From an uncultured delta proteobacterium (GTDB taxonomy: Bacteria > Desulfobacterota > Binatia > UBA9968): 64,000 nucleotides of DNA. A program made the translations under genes and the position numbers. The stretch lies in the NCBI GenBank assembly GCA_963737905.1, contig CAVTUQ010000007.1, positions 288,001 through 352,000 on the forward strand, written 5' to 3'. The notes under the pieces were generated by a model. That model had not been told where the DNA came from, did not search any database, and was given only the letters and a program-made list of their open reading frames with translations. Of the stretch, positions 63,777 through 64,000 are shown piece after piece (within the stretch, counting starts at the first letter, position 1; each line of letters opens with the position of its first letter).

Positions 63777-64000
63777 GATACATTTTCGACTTGAATAGCC
63801 TCTCCCGCGCGGTAAAACGCGTGGCGCCGGGCTGGAGCGGTACATCGTAAGGAGCCTCTCCGTCCTTGGCGCAGAGTTACGCCATTTCAAGCGGCTCATA
63901 GTTGTCCGTGAGCATAACTTCTTTGCGCTTTTCGACTCAGTTAGGAAGTACGAGGACATGGCCACGCAAATGTAATGTAAGCTGCCGACAGGAGGATCGC

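Overview
GC-rich bacterial chromosomal segment. Gene content and style resemble Candidatus Binatia / deltaproteobacteria-like soil lineages (inference only). Bases 1-50.1 kb are a dense catabolic region: six amidohydrolase-2 paralogs, about eight orphan solute-binding proteins, two molybdopterin XdhA-like subunits, three ornithine cyclodeaminase-family genes, two MmgE/PrpD, two heme-oxygenase-like diiron (HDO) proteins, a Rieske oxygenase, a NahE-like aldolase, korAB and two small toxin-antitoxin-like pairs. Many genes carry single-base frameshifts, probably assembly errors. The best signal is a sulfide:quinone-oxidoreductase-like gene (48968-50125) with an in-frame UGA where the family's second catalytic Cys is expected, followed by a bacterial SECIS-like hairpin, i.e. 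a probable selenoprotein missed by the ORF track. About 110 bp downstream is a XerCD dif-like site (50238-50265). Beyond it the sequence becomes an accessory mosaic: a repeated HTH+ORF unit (four copies ending at the same base) alternating with cargo genes, a duplicated gene fragment, IS630 and IS5/ISNCY-like remnants, and attC-like sites next to small VOC/YciI/EthD genes. No rRNA, tRNA or CRISPR array was recognised.
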